Assembly (NCBI RefSeq): GCF_000150275.1
Contig: NW_002060982.1
Coordinates: 118,358-182,357, forward strand
DNA length: 64,000 nt
Direction: 5' to 3'
Source of the DNA: Trichoplax adhaerens
Taxonomy: Eukaryota > Animalia > Placozoa
Shown here: piece after piece, positions 50,801 to 64,000 of the stretch
Position numbering within the stretch: the first letter of the stretch is position 1
How the letters are laid out: every line of letters starts with the position of its first letter
Program-made: the position numbers and the translations under genes
Notes under the pieces: generated by a model
Seen by the model: the letters and a program-made list of their open reading frames with translations, nothing else
The model's database searches: none
Told to the model about the DNA's origin: nothing

Positions 50801-53800
50801 ATAGTAAATATTCAAATTTAAAGTGTCTCAAATTTAGCGATAAAAAAACAATATGTTAGCCGATTTTTTGATGATATACTCGCATGTTACATTTATTGAA
50901 ATTAATAAAATTGTGTGCAGCGTGCTGTGGTATCATTAATAATTTCTTAGTAATACTTAAATGCAAACATATATTCTTGATGCGAAAGTATCATTTCAGT
51001 TAGCTTACCTTTGAGAAATGAAAATTTGACCGCTACCAAAGATTATGATCACCGCAACATTATAAATGATGTGAATTAATACCAAAGATTATCCCTGCTT
51101 ATATTATATAAATAAAGAGAGTACAAACACTATTACTGACGCTGGAATTTTTTATCGCGTCTAATTAATAGATTATTACATAATATAGACTGGGTCTATT
51201 CTAATCTGGTTTGACTTCCTACTATATAATTAATGATTTGTCAAGCAAGAACGGAACAAAATATTAATTCAAACATTAAATGAAATAATTATAGCTATTG
51301 AAATTTCACTGTATTGATCGACTTATTGTTATAATGATCGATTTCCAAATATTCACCTATTCAAATCATCCCAATAGTAAATAAAGTAAACATACTAAAT
51401 GAGATAGAGTCAGATTTTCAACTCTTAGCAATGGCATTAACAAATATTTCCAATAGTTAAGAATCATTATAACTATGATGTAATCATCACGGTCCAAATA
51501 ATAAATTGTTAATAGATAGTAGTTCTTCATTTCTTATCATTTATCACATTTATTTCACTTGCATAGAAAGGTCGTAATATTTAGTTTACATCTAAACTTT
51601 CATATTTTTCTGTTCATCGTACTTCACTATAAAAATAAGATGGCTAAATATTCTGATAAAATTTATGCACCTCAGCTACAATGTAATGTAGCATTTATCT
51701 AATGATTAATGTGGCTTTTATAGGGGTACGAAGGATGTTATCAAATATTACATATCGTTCACGACATATAATAGTTGCTATAGTCTGAACATAAGTAGGC
51801 AGTACGTTAAGACTTGTGATAGGTATGCGTATTTCAACATCATTAAATTATTTAAAGGCATAAAAAAAATGGTCAATATTTTATGGATAGCTCAATAAGA
51901 TGCTAATCAAGTAAGGGCTTTCAAATACTCTGCAGAATCTAATACAGAGTAATACTTTCAATGATTTTCAAAATAATCGCTAGACTTTATAATTATTTAC
52001 GACATCCATCAGCAATATACTGGCCTATCAATTATCGCTCAAGCGTTTCATATCTGAAAGCAAAGAGGAAGTTAAGGTTATAGGATCAACATTATAAATA
52101 TTCTTGAAAAGTAAATGTAAAGTTAAATACTAAATAACCAAGTTGTCTTTGTGCTACACTCGAGTAAGTAAATTTCAATTTGTTCCTGAAAGTACTCGAA
52201 AAGGTTTGTATTTACAATGATCAGCCACGATCGTATGGATTTAATAAAAAATCCAATCATGTCAATTTCAGAAAGAAAAATTGACTTACTACAATCATAG
52301 TTATGTAAATACCATTGGGCTATTAACGTTATCACGAATTTTTATTTGCATTTGTAATGTAAGCCCATTCAAAGTTATTTGAGATGCTTTAGCTAGAATT
52401 TAAACAATAGTGGAATGATTACAGAATTTTTAAGGGCGATTGTCGCACATATAATTCGATAATACTCAATATAATTCGAAATTTGATGCAATTTACCCTA
52501 TATTATTCGCTGCTGAAGCCTAAGTTGCTAATAATTTATTAAGATTATCGTACATATATTTGCATCAATACTCGTATCGATATTCTTCTACTATTATGAT
52601 TACTTGACACAAATGAATAAGCTTGCTTCTAGTATCAGTCAAAATATTAGATATGCTGCCCAATTAGTCTAAGACATAAATATCTATTAGACCTTAAATT
52701 GTTACAAATTTCAAATAAAAGGAGGAAGTTAAACAATAATCGAAGAATCATTAATAACATTGTTAGGTAAAAATTACATGGCGAAAATGAAAAAAATATC
52801 TACGAAATAAAGATACGGATAATTAGCAACGATAATGGGATATCATGGATAATCAATAGCATCAAATTGTTGTTGATAATTAGTAATATGAAAAATTTAT
52901 ATTCTCATGCTTATGCTATCAGTATTAAGTTAACATTATGACTTTGACATATAAAAGATGACGCTTACTAAAAATTGTCTATTGAGATAGATTTTGGGTA
53001 TAGTTGGAATTTCTTTGTGATCGATCAATGTTACATTTTGAAATGGAGCCATAATCTGGCGGGCGCCATTGACGTCAATAACTTAATTGAGTTATCCACC
53101 TGACGAAATAATTGTGGAGAAAAGTTCTTTTGCGAATACGTTACTAGCGACGATCTTTAATCATTTTTATCATTTATATGTCATCATTTTATAACAGAGT
53201 ACGCGTTACGATCATCGAAAAATTTGCGAATCCTAGCAATTTAAATTACTAAACTGGCAGACTCTCGAATACTCAGAAGATAGAAATAAGACGAAATTGA
53301 AATTTATTATAGTCAGCTATCAACGATAAAATCAATTATATGGAATAATTAATCAGAATTAGAAACAATGGTATTAAATATCCGAAATCTAAGATAGTTT
53401 GTCATTATTAGTCACAAGAGTACCAAAAAATATGTGAAAACTTGAATTAAAAGCTGGCACGTCATTAAAATATTAATATAGCCATTAAAGATTCCAATAC
53501 CTATCTTTCTAGCAATCGAAATTAAGTCAAAATCTCAATCTACCATGACTTATTACTACAACCTTCTAATAGATACTTAAACGAGTGCAAACAGCTAATC
53601 TTAGTCATGTTACAAGTAACCGCTTATATGGGATATTAAGTATTGCAGTATATTCCAAGCTTTAGTTATCCACTTCAGTTTTCTTATTTCCTGAAAATTA
53701 TAATTATATCCTACGAAATATCAAATTTAAGGTATGCCCATATACAGTAAATTATGCTTTATTCGTATGCTATATAGAGATCAACATCGATTTCCTTTGT

Positions 53801-56021
53801 AGATATGTTATCTAGACGTTGCTCATGGTTACAGCAATTCTCTATTGGCTGATATCTAATTGAAGAATTTAAAACAATTTCTGTATTCCTTTCATATTTT
53901 ATTCTGGCATAAAACAACATTTGACGATCTTAATACTTGTTTCGATCCACCCATCCACCCACCTTGAAAGAAAAAATAATTATATGTAGGATTTGTAACG
54001 TTATGGTTTACCGGTAGATTACGAAGATATTTACTGTGTTCTCATTGTTTCATTTCCAATAGGAATAATGATATTTTATTTGCTAGAACTTGTTACAAGA
54101 CAGCGAGATGATAAAATTTGTATGAACAAAATGATAGTCCGCTATTGTTGAAGATAACTTTTAATGTAAGGCCATATATTTTTCCTATACACTTTTACAA
54201 TGCGTAAACAATCCATATTAAAGCGGTAATAAATTTATTACCCGATAGCGGGGTCATTAATTTTTTAAGCCTTTTCTTTTCCTAGAAAACTGTTTTAAAT
54301 TCATAATTTATTAACTAACACTTACGTTACGTAATATAGGCGTATAGAATATAATTTTATACATGATGAATATGTCTATTCAGGATTTGACTGATTACGT
54401 GATAAAAATGAAAGACTTCTATCTGCTTAAATCACCTATCTTATAATTTTTCATGTGTTTACTAGTTGGCCATGTAAGATTAGTTTTATATTGAAGTATT
54501 TTTAATCGAAAGATATTTATTCATAGACGATGAAGCTTTATTACTTAAAAATTCATGTTTTGTTTTATACTAAAATTAGATATCTTGCTTTCTTTCTACC
54601 TTCTCTCTTAAACATTCATGTCCTATTGGCAATGTATTTATCATAGATATCTGCCAATATGTAATATGTAAATGAGCAAAAGCTCTTTTTTAAAGATACA
54701 TTACTTGAATCCCTATGGTGGAATACATTATATCAAAACCTACATTTTACTTTGCATGGCTTTGAAACATTCAATTTTATTTCATGTCTGAAACTAAAAT
54801 TATTTATAATAGCATTCAAAAAAGTTACAGTACTTTAAACTGGATTTTAACGCTCTAAATCGACACTATAAATTTAAAATCACCATCCTCACATAAACAA
54901 AATTCTCTAGAAGACGAATTCTATTCTTTTTAAAGGTGGATTTCGATTTCATAATAAGCAGTTTGTTTTCATTTTTAATTATTTCTAGAAGTAATTAAAT
55001 GATCAATTCTATCCATAGTTAAGCATAATAAATAATAAAGCGATTAAAATTTAAATTTATATGAAAAATACGGGCTCAACTTTCTTAATTAGATTTGTTG
55101 GTTATATGATGTAATACAGATTTTCTAGTAAATTCGTCTATTTTTAATATTAAACATTTGGCTTACGTTCACTCGCACTGATTAATTTAGTCTTTTTTCA
55201 AGAAATGCATGTATGATAATAGTAAAATGACTATCTGATGCTTCACTAAAATAAAATTAATCAACTTTAGTTCTAATATATAGTTTTGATAAATGAGATT
55301 GTAAATCTTTCATGTATGACTTATTAATATAACTGTAAGTAAGGCAAGCTGTTTCAATTAAGCATTTCTGTTTTATAATTTTACGTAGTTATTCCACAAC
55401 TGCAATATAATATTACATTCGTATAATTTCAAAGATTGACAATGTCAGTTTGAATGAAATTCTAATAATACATCATTCCAATTTAGTATGAATATAAAAT
55501 ATACCAGGTTCTACGCTTCAGATGTTAACCATAATTGCTGACTGTGATAACTTCAGTGAGAAAGCTGTTATTTTGGTCTAGGGTATACTGCAATAAATAA
55601 TTCCTGAGTAAAGCTTGCCTCGAAGCTGTTGTTAATGTATATTTTTGACCAATTCTGATAGCATAACATAACTTTGTTTGTAATACTGAATCCTGGGTGT
55701 AAGACCTTAAAATTAAATTATTGATTCAATCAATTATAAATCATTCCATCTCAAATTCCATACTTTATATTTGCGCGTAAAGAGACATGTATAAAAATTA
55801 TCTATTAACTTAGTATTGTACCGTAAATTTAGTATCGAGGTTAAATTCTCATACAGTATTAGAATTAGTAGTACTCGTATACGCTATAGCAGAATAGGAA
55901 GCTCATATAGATGGATATGATTGTTTGCAAGTACTCTGGTAGGATAAGGTACTTTACTTTCCGTAGTTAAGGAAATGGGAGCATAGATGCATGTATTAGA
56001 CATTATGACAAAGCTACTACC

Positions 56022-57777
56022 GTTACTTAATCGATTATGCATTTGAGTATGTAAACGAGTAGATTGAGTAAATGGAGAATTCTTCTTATCGATAGCTTGT
56101 TATAGATACAGTTACAGATCAGATTTCATTGTAGTAAAGCTTAATTCAGTTTTATACATGTAAATTCAGATAATCTGACTTATTGGGAACCATAAGAATT
56201 AACTTTTCTATAATATGTTAGCAGGTTTGTCATATTTGATGTCAAGACTTAAATTGCCATCAGATCTAAAGACTGAATATACGAGGTAGTAATGATCCCA
56301 ATTATTTTTAATTAGCTATTTTATTGCGTTTTAACTTACATTAGCGACAAATTTTGTAACTCTTGCCATAGCGCGATTTAATGGTTTTAGTAAATCTTTC
56401 TAAGGATTAATGATAAAATCTAATATGAACTAATTTAATCGATCAGTAAATTAATTATTTTGATTTGCCCTAGCAATGCTATTATCATTCAACTCCTAGA
56501 TCTAAAGGTAACTTTGCCAAAATGCTTTACTTATGTTGCAAATGGTATTTTAAGTAATAGCTAATAGTACTTCATTGCTCATAGTAAGTCAAACAGTCTG
56601 ATCCGGCAAAATATTTGCGCTTTTAGACATTACGTTCATATCTCCTTAGTTATATTTATTCGGTATTTTACATTCAGGTAATCCAACATAATTTTAAGAT
56701 TACCGTGAAGCTACAGGCATTCCTCATCATTAACTGATTTTAAGTCGTCACGAGCAATATAATGATTCATTATTTCATGTATTTATGTGCATACATTCAT
56801 TGAATCTAGTAATTAAAAATTGATCATACTAAGAGCTGTATTTAGAGAGAAAATTGCAATTTAGCATTTTAATTCAATACTTAATACTTCTATTTCAAGA
56901 CGAACTACTGTAAGATAAGTTTCTCATTCGTCACTAAAATTATACCGAAATTTGCATAATTCAAAAGTAAGATTCCTAATTTTATGGCTGTGTATTAAAA
57001 TGGTCTCACAATAGGCTTTTATTACAAAATTTTAAGAATAATAGAGCAATAATTAATTACTAAAAGAATCTAATCTAAAATCTAAAGTGCTTCGAGCTCA
57101 AAGCGAAGTAATCTCTCTCTCNNNNNNNNNNNNNNNNNNNNNNNNNNNNNNNNNNNNNNNNNNNNNNNNNNGTTCTTATCGATATGCATTTGAGTATATA
57201 AACGAGTGGATTGAGTAAATGGAGAATTCTTCTTATCGATAGCTTGTTATAGATACAGTTACAGATCAGATTTCTTTGTAGTAAAGCTTAATTCAGTTTT
57301 ATACATGTAAATTCAGATAATCTGACTTATTGGGAACCATAAGAATTAACTTTTCTATAATATGTTAGCAGGTTTGTCATATTTGATGTCAAGACTTAAA
57401 TTGCCATCAGATCTAAAGACTGAATATACGAGGTAGTAATGATCCCAATTATTTTTAATTAGCTATTTTATTGCGTTTTAACTTACATTAGCGACAAATT
57501 TTGTAACTCTTGCCATAGCGCGATTTAATGGTTTTAGTAAATCTTTCTAAGGATTAATGATAAAATCTAATATGAACTAATTTAATCGATCAGTAAATTA
57601 ATTATTTTGATTTGCCCTAGCAATGCTATTATCATTCAACTCCTAGATCTAAAGGTAACTTTGCCAAAATGCTTTAATTATGTTGCAAATGGTATTTTAA
57701 GTAATAGCTAATAGTATTTTATTGCTCATAGTAAGTCAAACAGTCTGATCCAGCAAAATATTTGCGCTTTTAGACAT
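56022..57777. repeat. Near-identical direct duplication of about 600 bp (56022-56629 and 57172-57777) either side of an N gap
   Basis: Only a few substitutions. The second copy starts at the gap (57122-57171) with single-base dropouts typical of a read end. The copies diverge abruptly after TTTTAGACAT. Confidence 0.9.
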
Positions 57778-58379
57778 ACACAGTATCAAATAAAGCCATT
57801 TACAATATCAAATATAGCTATCCTTATAATCAAATATGGGATGCATCACTATAGGTTGATTGCTATATAACAATATACATTGACCGATCTCGCAATCTAT
57901 GTATAGTAATATATGTGTTATGAACTCTTAAGAAACGCCGTTTCACTCTCTTAACATGCGCTGCTGTCGTAATGGTGGATCACGTACTGTAGACTTGTAT
58001 TTATTTACTTTACCCCGTTATTATGTTAAAGCTTTTGCAATTTGAAAGTGTGCAATGTAATGTGCGCTAGAGAGAGATAGAGCAGTTCTACCGATCCGCT
58101 GGCAAAAAAATAGCAAATTAACTTCATTTTCAAGGATAGAAGCGCGAGAGAGAACGTCGAACCAGATGATCAAGTCAGCAGTATATATGAATCAATCAAA
58201 AATGGACCATCAACGCAGTGTTCCAAATCTTTATGCTTTCAAAGTGCTGAGTCGAACTCATTCAATTTCAGTCTATAACACATGTACCACTTTGATCTTA
58301 TATATATTCTNNNNNNNNNNNNNNNNNNNNNNNNNNNNNNNNNNNNNNNNNNNNNNNNNNNNNNNNNNNNNNNNNGACT

Positions 58380-58670
58380 TGATAGACTACGGTTATATAC
58401 GAGTGCAGGAAGTAGAAAGTCTCATCACTCAATCGCTACAGTATTGTTTAAATTGGCTCTTTCTATGTCGGACAAGTCACTGCAAATTCGATTGTCAGTC
58501 CTTGGTCATAATTATCCCGATATTGCTCGATCATTTAACCACATGGGAGCTTTCTATTATAACCAAGGCCAGTATGACTTACTATTTGTATGTATGATAA
58601 ATCACTACAAATTCGATTGTTAGGCCTTGGTCACAATCATCCCGATGTTGCTCTGTCATATAACCACTAG
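58380..58670 (+). pseudogene. TPR-repeat gene fragment (42-aa kinesin-light-chain-type TPR), frameshifted
   Basis: ALSMSDKSLQIRLSVLGHNYPDIARSFNHMGAFYYNQGQYD, then after a frameshift MYDKSLQIRLLGLGHNHPDVALSYNH*. Confidence 0.8.
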
Positions 58671-59190
58671 TCCGACATAGAAAGAGCAAATTTAAACTTG
58701 CTGTGAAGATATCCGATTTCCCCAATTTGATGATGACTATCGGCAAGACGAGCATCATTTTCGTCTAACCATTAGTTTCATTTCCAAAGATTCCTAACAG
58801 TCTTACAGTGCTCCGTTCCATTCCCCTTGGCATCTCTTAATCTCGCGTTGTCTGTGTAAAAACATTCCGCCATTCTTATTTCATCTTGTAGTTCAGTAGC
58901 CAAAGATTGTCCCTTTTCACTCCTTTCAATAGCTTTCATCAATTCATATTGTAAAGTATAAATGTCATAAATGCCAAGATCAATATCGCATCAAAGTTGA
59001 TCAATATCCTCACTAGAATTATACAATACAACGATGCAATCTCATCTACAGCTTGTATATAACAAGATAGTTTCTCCGCCAACTTGAAGGCAATCTAGCC
59101 TTTCTTGCCCTTTTTGTACAGTGATTGTATATGGGTATGATTAGGATGTAAACTCTTAGAACAGACAGATTCATTATCAGCCGTCTTCAT
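58667..59190 (-). pseudogene. N-terminal part of a TPR-repeat gene, copy A, with several stops and frameshifts
   Basis: From the ATG at 59190: MKTADNESVCSKSLHPNHTHIQSLYKKGKKG*IAFKLAEKLSCYIQAVDEIASL... then DIDLGIYDIYTLQYELMKAIERSEKGQSLATELQDEIRMAECF... then LDENDARLADSHHQIGEIGYLHSKFKFALSMSD*, which is a TPR unit. Confidence 0.7.
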
Positions 59191-59864
59191 TCACTAAATT
59201 AAATGACATCAACTTCGAGTTAGCCCCTGATTCCAGCGACAAGTGAGGAGAAATAAAGTTCATATCAAGCTTCGTTACAACGTTCAATTAGTAAGCACTG
59301 TTATTGTCATCAGATTGATATTATCTCTATACAGAAATGATGTTGCAATGACTGTGCTTAAGTGCGAGTCGTATTTCAACACAAAAATAGAAATAATTCG
59401 ACTATCAACAATTTTCGACAATTAATAAAACTACGTCTATAATCGCATCTATCAATTCAGATTGGAAGATTATCCTGTAATCATTCAATCAATCATTGTA
59501 GATGATAGCTGAAGATAACGCTACCAGTCAATTGTGTGCATCAATCAATGCCAAGTTGAATCCAACCAGTAGATTACTTTACGCGTTTATTAACAAAATG
59601 CACTCCAGCTTACGCAAAGATTATAATAATAATTATAATTACAGTAACCATCAAACGATAATCTTTTTGTTCTAATAGACAACAGTAAATGAATGCTAAC
59701 CATATCAATGATGTTTTAAACAAGACTGATTGCTTACAGCATAGTTTTAGACGACGTCGTTTAGATGTCTTCAATTTATAACGTGATGATTATCAAAATA
59801 GAATGGGTCACTTACCAATGGATGTTTTAAAAATAGGCTAATAAGAATATGACGATTTTGCTGA

Positions 59865-61113
59865 GTGTTACGATGCGTAAGCTCGTCCTAATTATTTTGG
59901 GTGCCAAGATTCCTTCAGTAATAAATGATAGTAAATCTCTGACTATCTCGTCTACATCATCTGTGACGCTATAATTATACCATAGTATTCGGTTGTTGGA
60001 ACTGAATTATTTGGTGATATAGCTAATCTCGCCTCTTTAAGTTAGTAAGTGGCGTTCTACGCAAGGATTGGCGTGTGTAGACTACTTTGTCACTAGTGGT
60101 GTGTGACACTGAGATGTAAATCTAATTTTATCAATCCGACTGTATGCTACTGTAACGGTGTAATATTAAATTGTCTCTAGTTGAGTGGAATATGTTGTCA
60201 GTTCCTCCTCTATTAGCGCAATATATGCTATTGATTATCAATTGGTGGGAATCGGAAAGACGTAACAGTGTTAATAGGCCTCTTGGTGAGAAGCGCAGGT
60301 GGAAGTCCTAGAAGATTGATTATTGGTCGAGGAGCTGAGGAACAAGGTTCGAGGCGATATAAACAAGACGCGGATCATGTTAAAGGGCTCCTATACTGTA
60401 GCCGCTACGATATACTATTTTGTATAGGGAAAATTGTGATAGAGTTTTGATGTAAATATTTACATCAAAGATAGATATATAAGGAGGCTAATATAATTGC
60501 AGAGCTAGATTCATAGGTTAGCTCGGAAAAGTCATAGTGGATATTCTCTTGACGTTATATCTGTAGTTTCTAATGCCTGTATTTTAACATCGTGATAAAC
60601 TTTTTATATAAACGGAGTGCTACTCATACTTGTGAGTCGATAGTAGGTAATATAGGGAATTAGTATTACAGCTACTTATAGCAAATAGGAGCAAATGGAT
60701 GAAAGAAAAGTGCAGCTGACTATCGCACACCACTAGTAACAAGGTAATCTACACATACCAATGCTTACGAAGAACGCCACTTACTGACTTAAAGAGGCGA
60801 GATTAGCCAAATCACCAAATACTTCAGTTCCAGCGACCGAATACTATAGTATAATTATAACGTCACTGATAGTGTAGACGAGGTAGCCAGAGATTTACTA
60901 CTATTTATTGCTGAAGAAATTTTGACACCCAAGATTATAGTCTTTAATTCAACAGCAATTGATAAACTAGTTGACTATCTAAGCGACTAACTAACTAAAA
61001 AGGGTTCTTCAGGTACCAGCCTTTTATATATAGTCTTGTCAGAAACTCCTGGTGTACATAAAGTAAAACTATCATTCTAAAGTTATACAGGACGAGCTTA
61101 CGCAGCATAACAC
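59865..61113. repeat. Long imperfect inverted repeat: arms 59865-60108 and 60721-61113, spacer 612 bp
   Basis: 59891-60108 and 60721-60938 align gap-free over 218 nt with about 31 mismatches (manual count). An outer 25-nt block (59865-59889 and 61089-61113) also pairs. The right arm has about 150 extra nt between the two blocks. Confidence 0.9.
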
Positions 61114-62926
61114 GGACATGAACCTTTACTCGACTAAATAACTCTATCCAACTGCATATAAATTCACAATTTGATCAGCACATCTAAATACTGTAGCGGC
61201 TAAAGAATAACATCATTACCATCACTCAATGATTTGCTTATCGCTAGCATACAATCATCTTAATATTCGCATGATATTTACACAAATTAAAATTGTCATT
61301 CAAAATATTAGCATAATACATAAACATACTGTCTACCATTTCTATTCAAATACTTAGACATAAACTTCTTTATTCAATTTACGTCCTTCGTATCCTTCTC
61401 TTCCAATTTTATTGCGAATTTTGAATGTTGCTTGTAATGACTCTACTTTGCATCAATACAATCATTATAATAACTGTTGATCGAATTGGCTAGGCTAATA
61501 ACATGAATAAATTAACATTTGTAACTCATTTCAGAATTGCAACCGAAGGAATGACACAAATTCGAGGATCAAACAGCCATTATTATAAGACCACAACTAA
61601 ACTAAAATTTTAAATTAACATTAAAAAATAAACTAAATAACTATGATTGATCAATGATACAGCACTGAAACGATGATGACAATGATGCATGGTGGAAGTG
61701 ACAAGGATAGAATAATTTCATTGAAATGATATAAACAAAACCAAAACTATGTTTTCCATAATGGATTTAGGATAAAGATACAACGACGTACAAATATGTC
61801 AAGGGAATGGGTTAATACATAGCTGTTATGATTGATTTGATAAGGTTACAAGCAAAGTATAGATATGTATCAATTTAAAAATGTATATAAATATTTCGAT
61901 CACATAATATCCATGAATTTTTAAGTATAGGTGAAGCTATTCTATAGTCTCATTATCAATTGCAACAAAATTGATAAAATATTGAATGAGAGAGTGAGTA
62001 AAATACTTTCATCCATTTTCTTGTTGGACATGAAAATCACGAAGATGGAAAAGAAACGAATTGTAGTGGAATAACAGATAAGGCAAATCAATCGTACTTT
62101 TAAAACACGATAGTTGTTTCTACTTATTTAGACTTGAATATTTGGCATCTATTGGCAATAAGACTGTAATTTAGCATATACAGCCATTCTACCTCTTATT
62201 GTCATTTTGCAAAATACCCGGCAGTTTGCTAAATGACCGATTTCGCATCCGGTCTCGTTGATATATATGTAATACAGTATACAGTAGAAGTGGTATTACA
62301 AAATGTTGAATAATAATTAATAATTGTATGCAAAAAAATTGCAGAGTTGAATTTAGATTATAACTATCTCAATATCCGTATTCAAACACTAATTTCAAAT
62401 ACCAGCAAAATTGAATTGCATTAATTGCCTTAAAAATAATTTACGAAAAGGACAAGCTATAATGCCATCGAGGTTGAGTAACTTTCATGAAAATATGAAA
62501 TATCTCATATATAATTCAATCTTTATAGCGAGTATGCTTCATTTGCTGTTGTTTTATTTTTTTATTAGCTTTATATTAATAATTGCCAATACTCCTAATC
62601 AATTTTTAAGTATAACACTCTATCAACGCAATTATTTAACTGATATAATATTGAATAAAAAGATTTGGTAAGACTGACGGAGTAGGAAATAAATTAGAGT
62701 CGATTGGCAAAAGCATGATTGCTACCATTAGAATACATGCTATGTGACAACATGCATGAGCAGTACATATGCTCTTGTTATAAAATTACAATTGTTAAAC
62801 ACTTTATCTCTTGATATATGACTATACATACAATCAGTAATATCCAAGATAATTAAGGAAGGCNNNNNNNNNNNNNNNNNNNNNNNNNNNNNNNNNNNNN
62901 NNNNNNNNNNNNNTGTCATATAACCA

Positions 62927-63450
62927 CTAGTCCGACATAGAAAGAGCAAATTTAAACTTGCTGTGAAGATATCCGATTTCCCCAATTTGATGATGACTAT
63001 CGGCAAGACGAGCATCATNTTCGTCTAACTATTAGTTTCATTTCCAACGATTCCTAACAGTCTTACAGTGCTCCGTTCCAATCCCCTTGGCATCTCTTAA
63101 TCTCGCGTTGTCTGTGTAAAAACATTCCGCCATTCTTATTTCATCTTGTAGTTCAGTAGCCAAAGATTGTCCCTTTCCACTCCTTTTAATAGCTTTCATC
63201 AATTCATATTGTAAAGTATAAATATCATAAATGCTAAGATTAATATCGCATCAAAGTTGATCAATATCCTCACTAGGATTATACAATACAACGATGCAAT
63301 CTCATCTACAGCTTGTATATAACAAGATAGTTTCTTCGCCAACTTGAAGGCAATCTTGCATTTCTTGCCCTTTTTGTACAGTGATTGTATATGGGTATGA
63401 TTAGGATGTAAACTCTTAGACCAGACAGATTCATTATCAGCCGTCTTCAT
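62927..63450 (-). pseudogene. N-terminal part of the TPR-repeat gene, copy B
   Basis: Duplicate of 58667-59190. It lacks the first stop (TGC AAG instead of GGC TAG) but shares the later lesions and the inversion junction. Confidence 0.7.
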
Positions 63451-64000
63451 TCACTAAATTAAATGACATCAACTTCGAGTTAGCCCCTGATTCCAGCGAC
63501 AAGTGAGGAAAAAAAAAAGTTCATATCAAGCTTCGTTACAACGTTCAATTAGTAAGTACTGTTATTGTCATCAGATTGATATTATCTCTATGCAGAAATG
63601 ATGTTGCAATGATTGTGCTTAAGTGCGAGTCGTATTTCAACACAAAAATAGAAATAATTCGACTATCAACAATTTTCGACAATTAATAAAATTACGTCTA
63701 TAATCTCATCTATCAATTCTGATTGGAAGATTATCCTGTAATCATTCAATCAATCATTGTAGATGATAGCTGAAGATAACGCTACCAGTCAAATGTGTGC
63801 ATCAATCAATGCCAAATTGAATCCAACTAGTAGATTACTTTACGCGTTTATTAACAAAATGCACTCCAGCTTACGCAAAGATTATAATAATAATTATAAT
63901 TACAGTAACCATCAAACGACAATCTTTTTGTTCTAATAGACAACAGTAAATGAATGCTAACCATATCAATGATGTTTTAACAAGACTGATGCTTACAGCA

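Larger units (their letters stand above)
58654..64000. repeat. Direct duplication of about 1.09 kb (58654-59741 and 62914-64000, offset 4260)
   Basis: High identity with scattered substitutions. The second copy begins right after the N gap at 62864-62913 and runs to the window end. Confidence 0.92.

Noticed and set aside
53069-53078. Palindromic CRE (TTGACGTCAA) in a small GC-rich patch
   Set aside because: No gene nearby could be identified, and a single short motif is expected by chance.
58135-58278. Possible terminal exon DRSARENVEPDDQVSSIYESIKNG... after TTTTCAAG
   Set aside because: Only 47 codons, with no recognisable homology or upstream partner exon.
58166-58623. ORF-track entries 58166..58597 and 58282..58623; likewise 24144..24335 and 62740..63018
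   Set aside because: They span N gaps, so their lengths are artefacts; only the TPR fragment within them is real.

Overview
AT-rich eukaryotic genomic DNA with GT-AG introns and four N-gaps. It is not prokaryotic. The 42-aa TPR family style, ACAGT-rich simple sequence and gene content suggest an early-branching animal, most likely a placozoan such as Trichoplax (inference, not verified). The first 17 kb hold a detoxification-type cluster: three intronless omega-like GSTs (one partial on the minus strand and missed by the ORF track, one intact, one disrupted), all with Asp in place of the catalytic Cys, followed by two intronless CYP3-clan P450s. Further on are a 3-exon globin with B12.2/G7.0 introns and an N-terminal myristoylation motif, and an intronless orphan class A GPCR. 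The right end carries decayed TPR genes with an internal inversion, a long inverted repeat, and two gap-flanking duplications that are probably partly assembly or haplotype artefacts. Two Helitron-like 3' termini, a 76-bp tandem repeat carrying AP-1/CCAAT motifs, an RFX X-box upstream of one P450, and several weak gene fossils are also present. No tRNA, rRNA or CRISPR array was recognised. All alignments and counts were done by eye.
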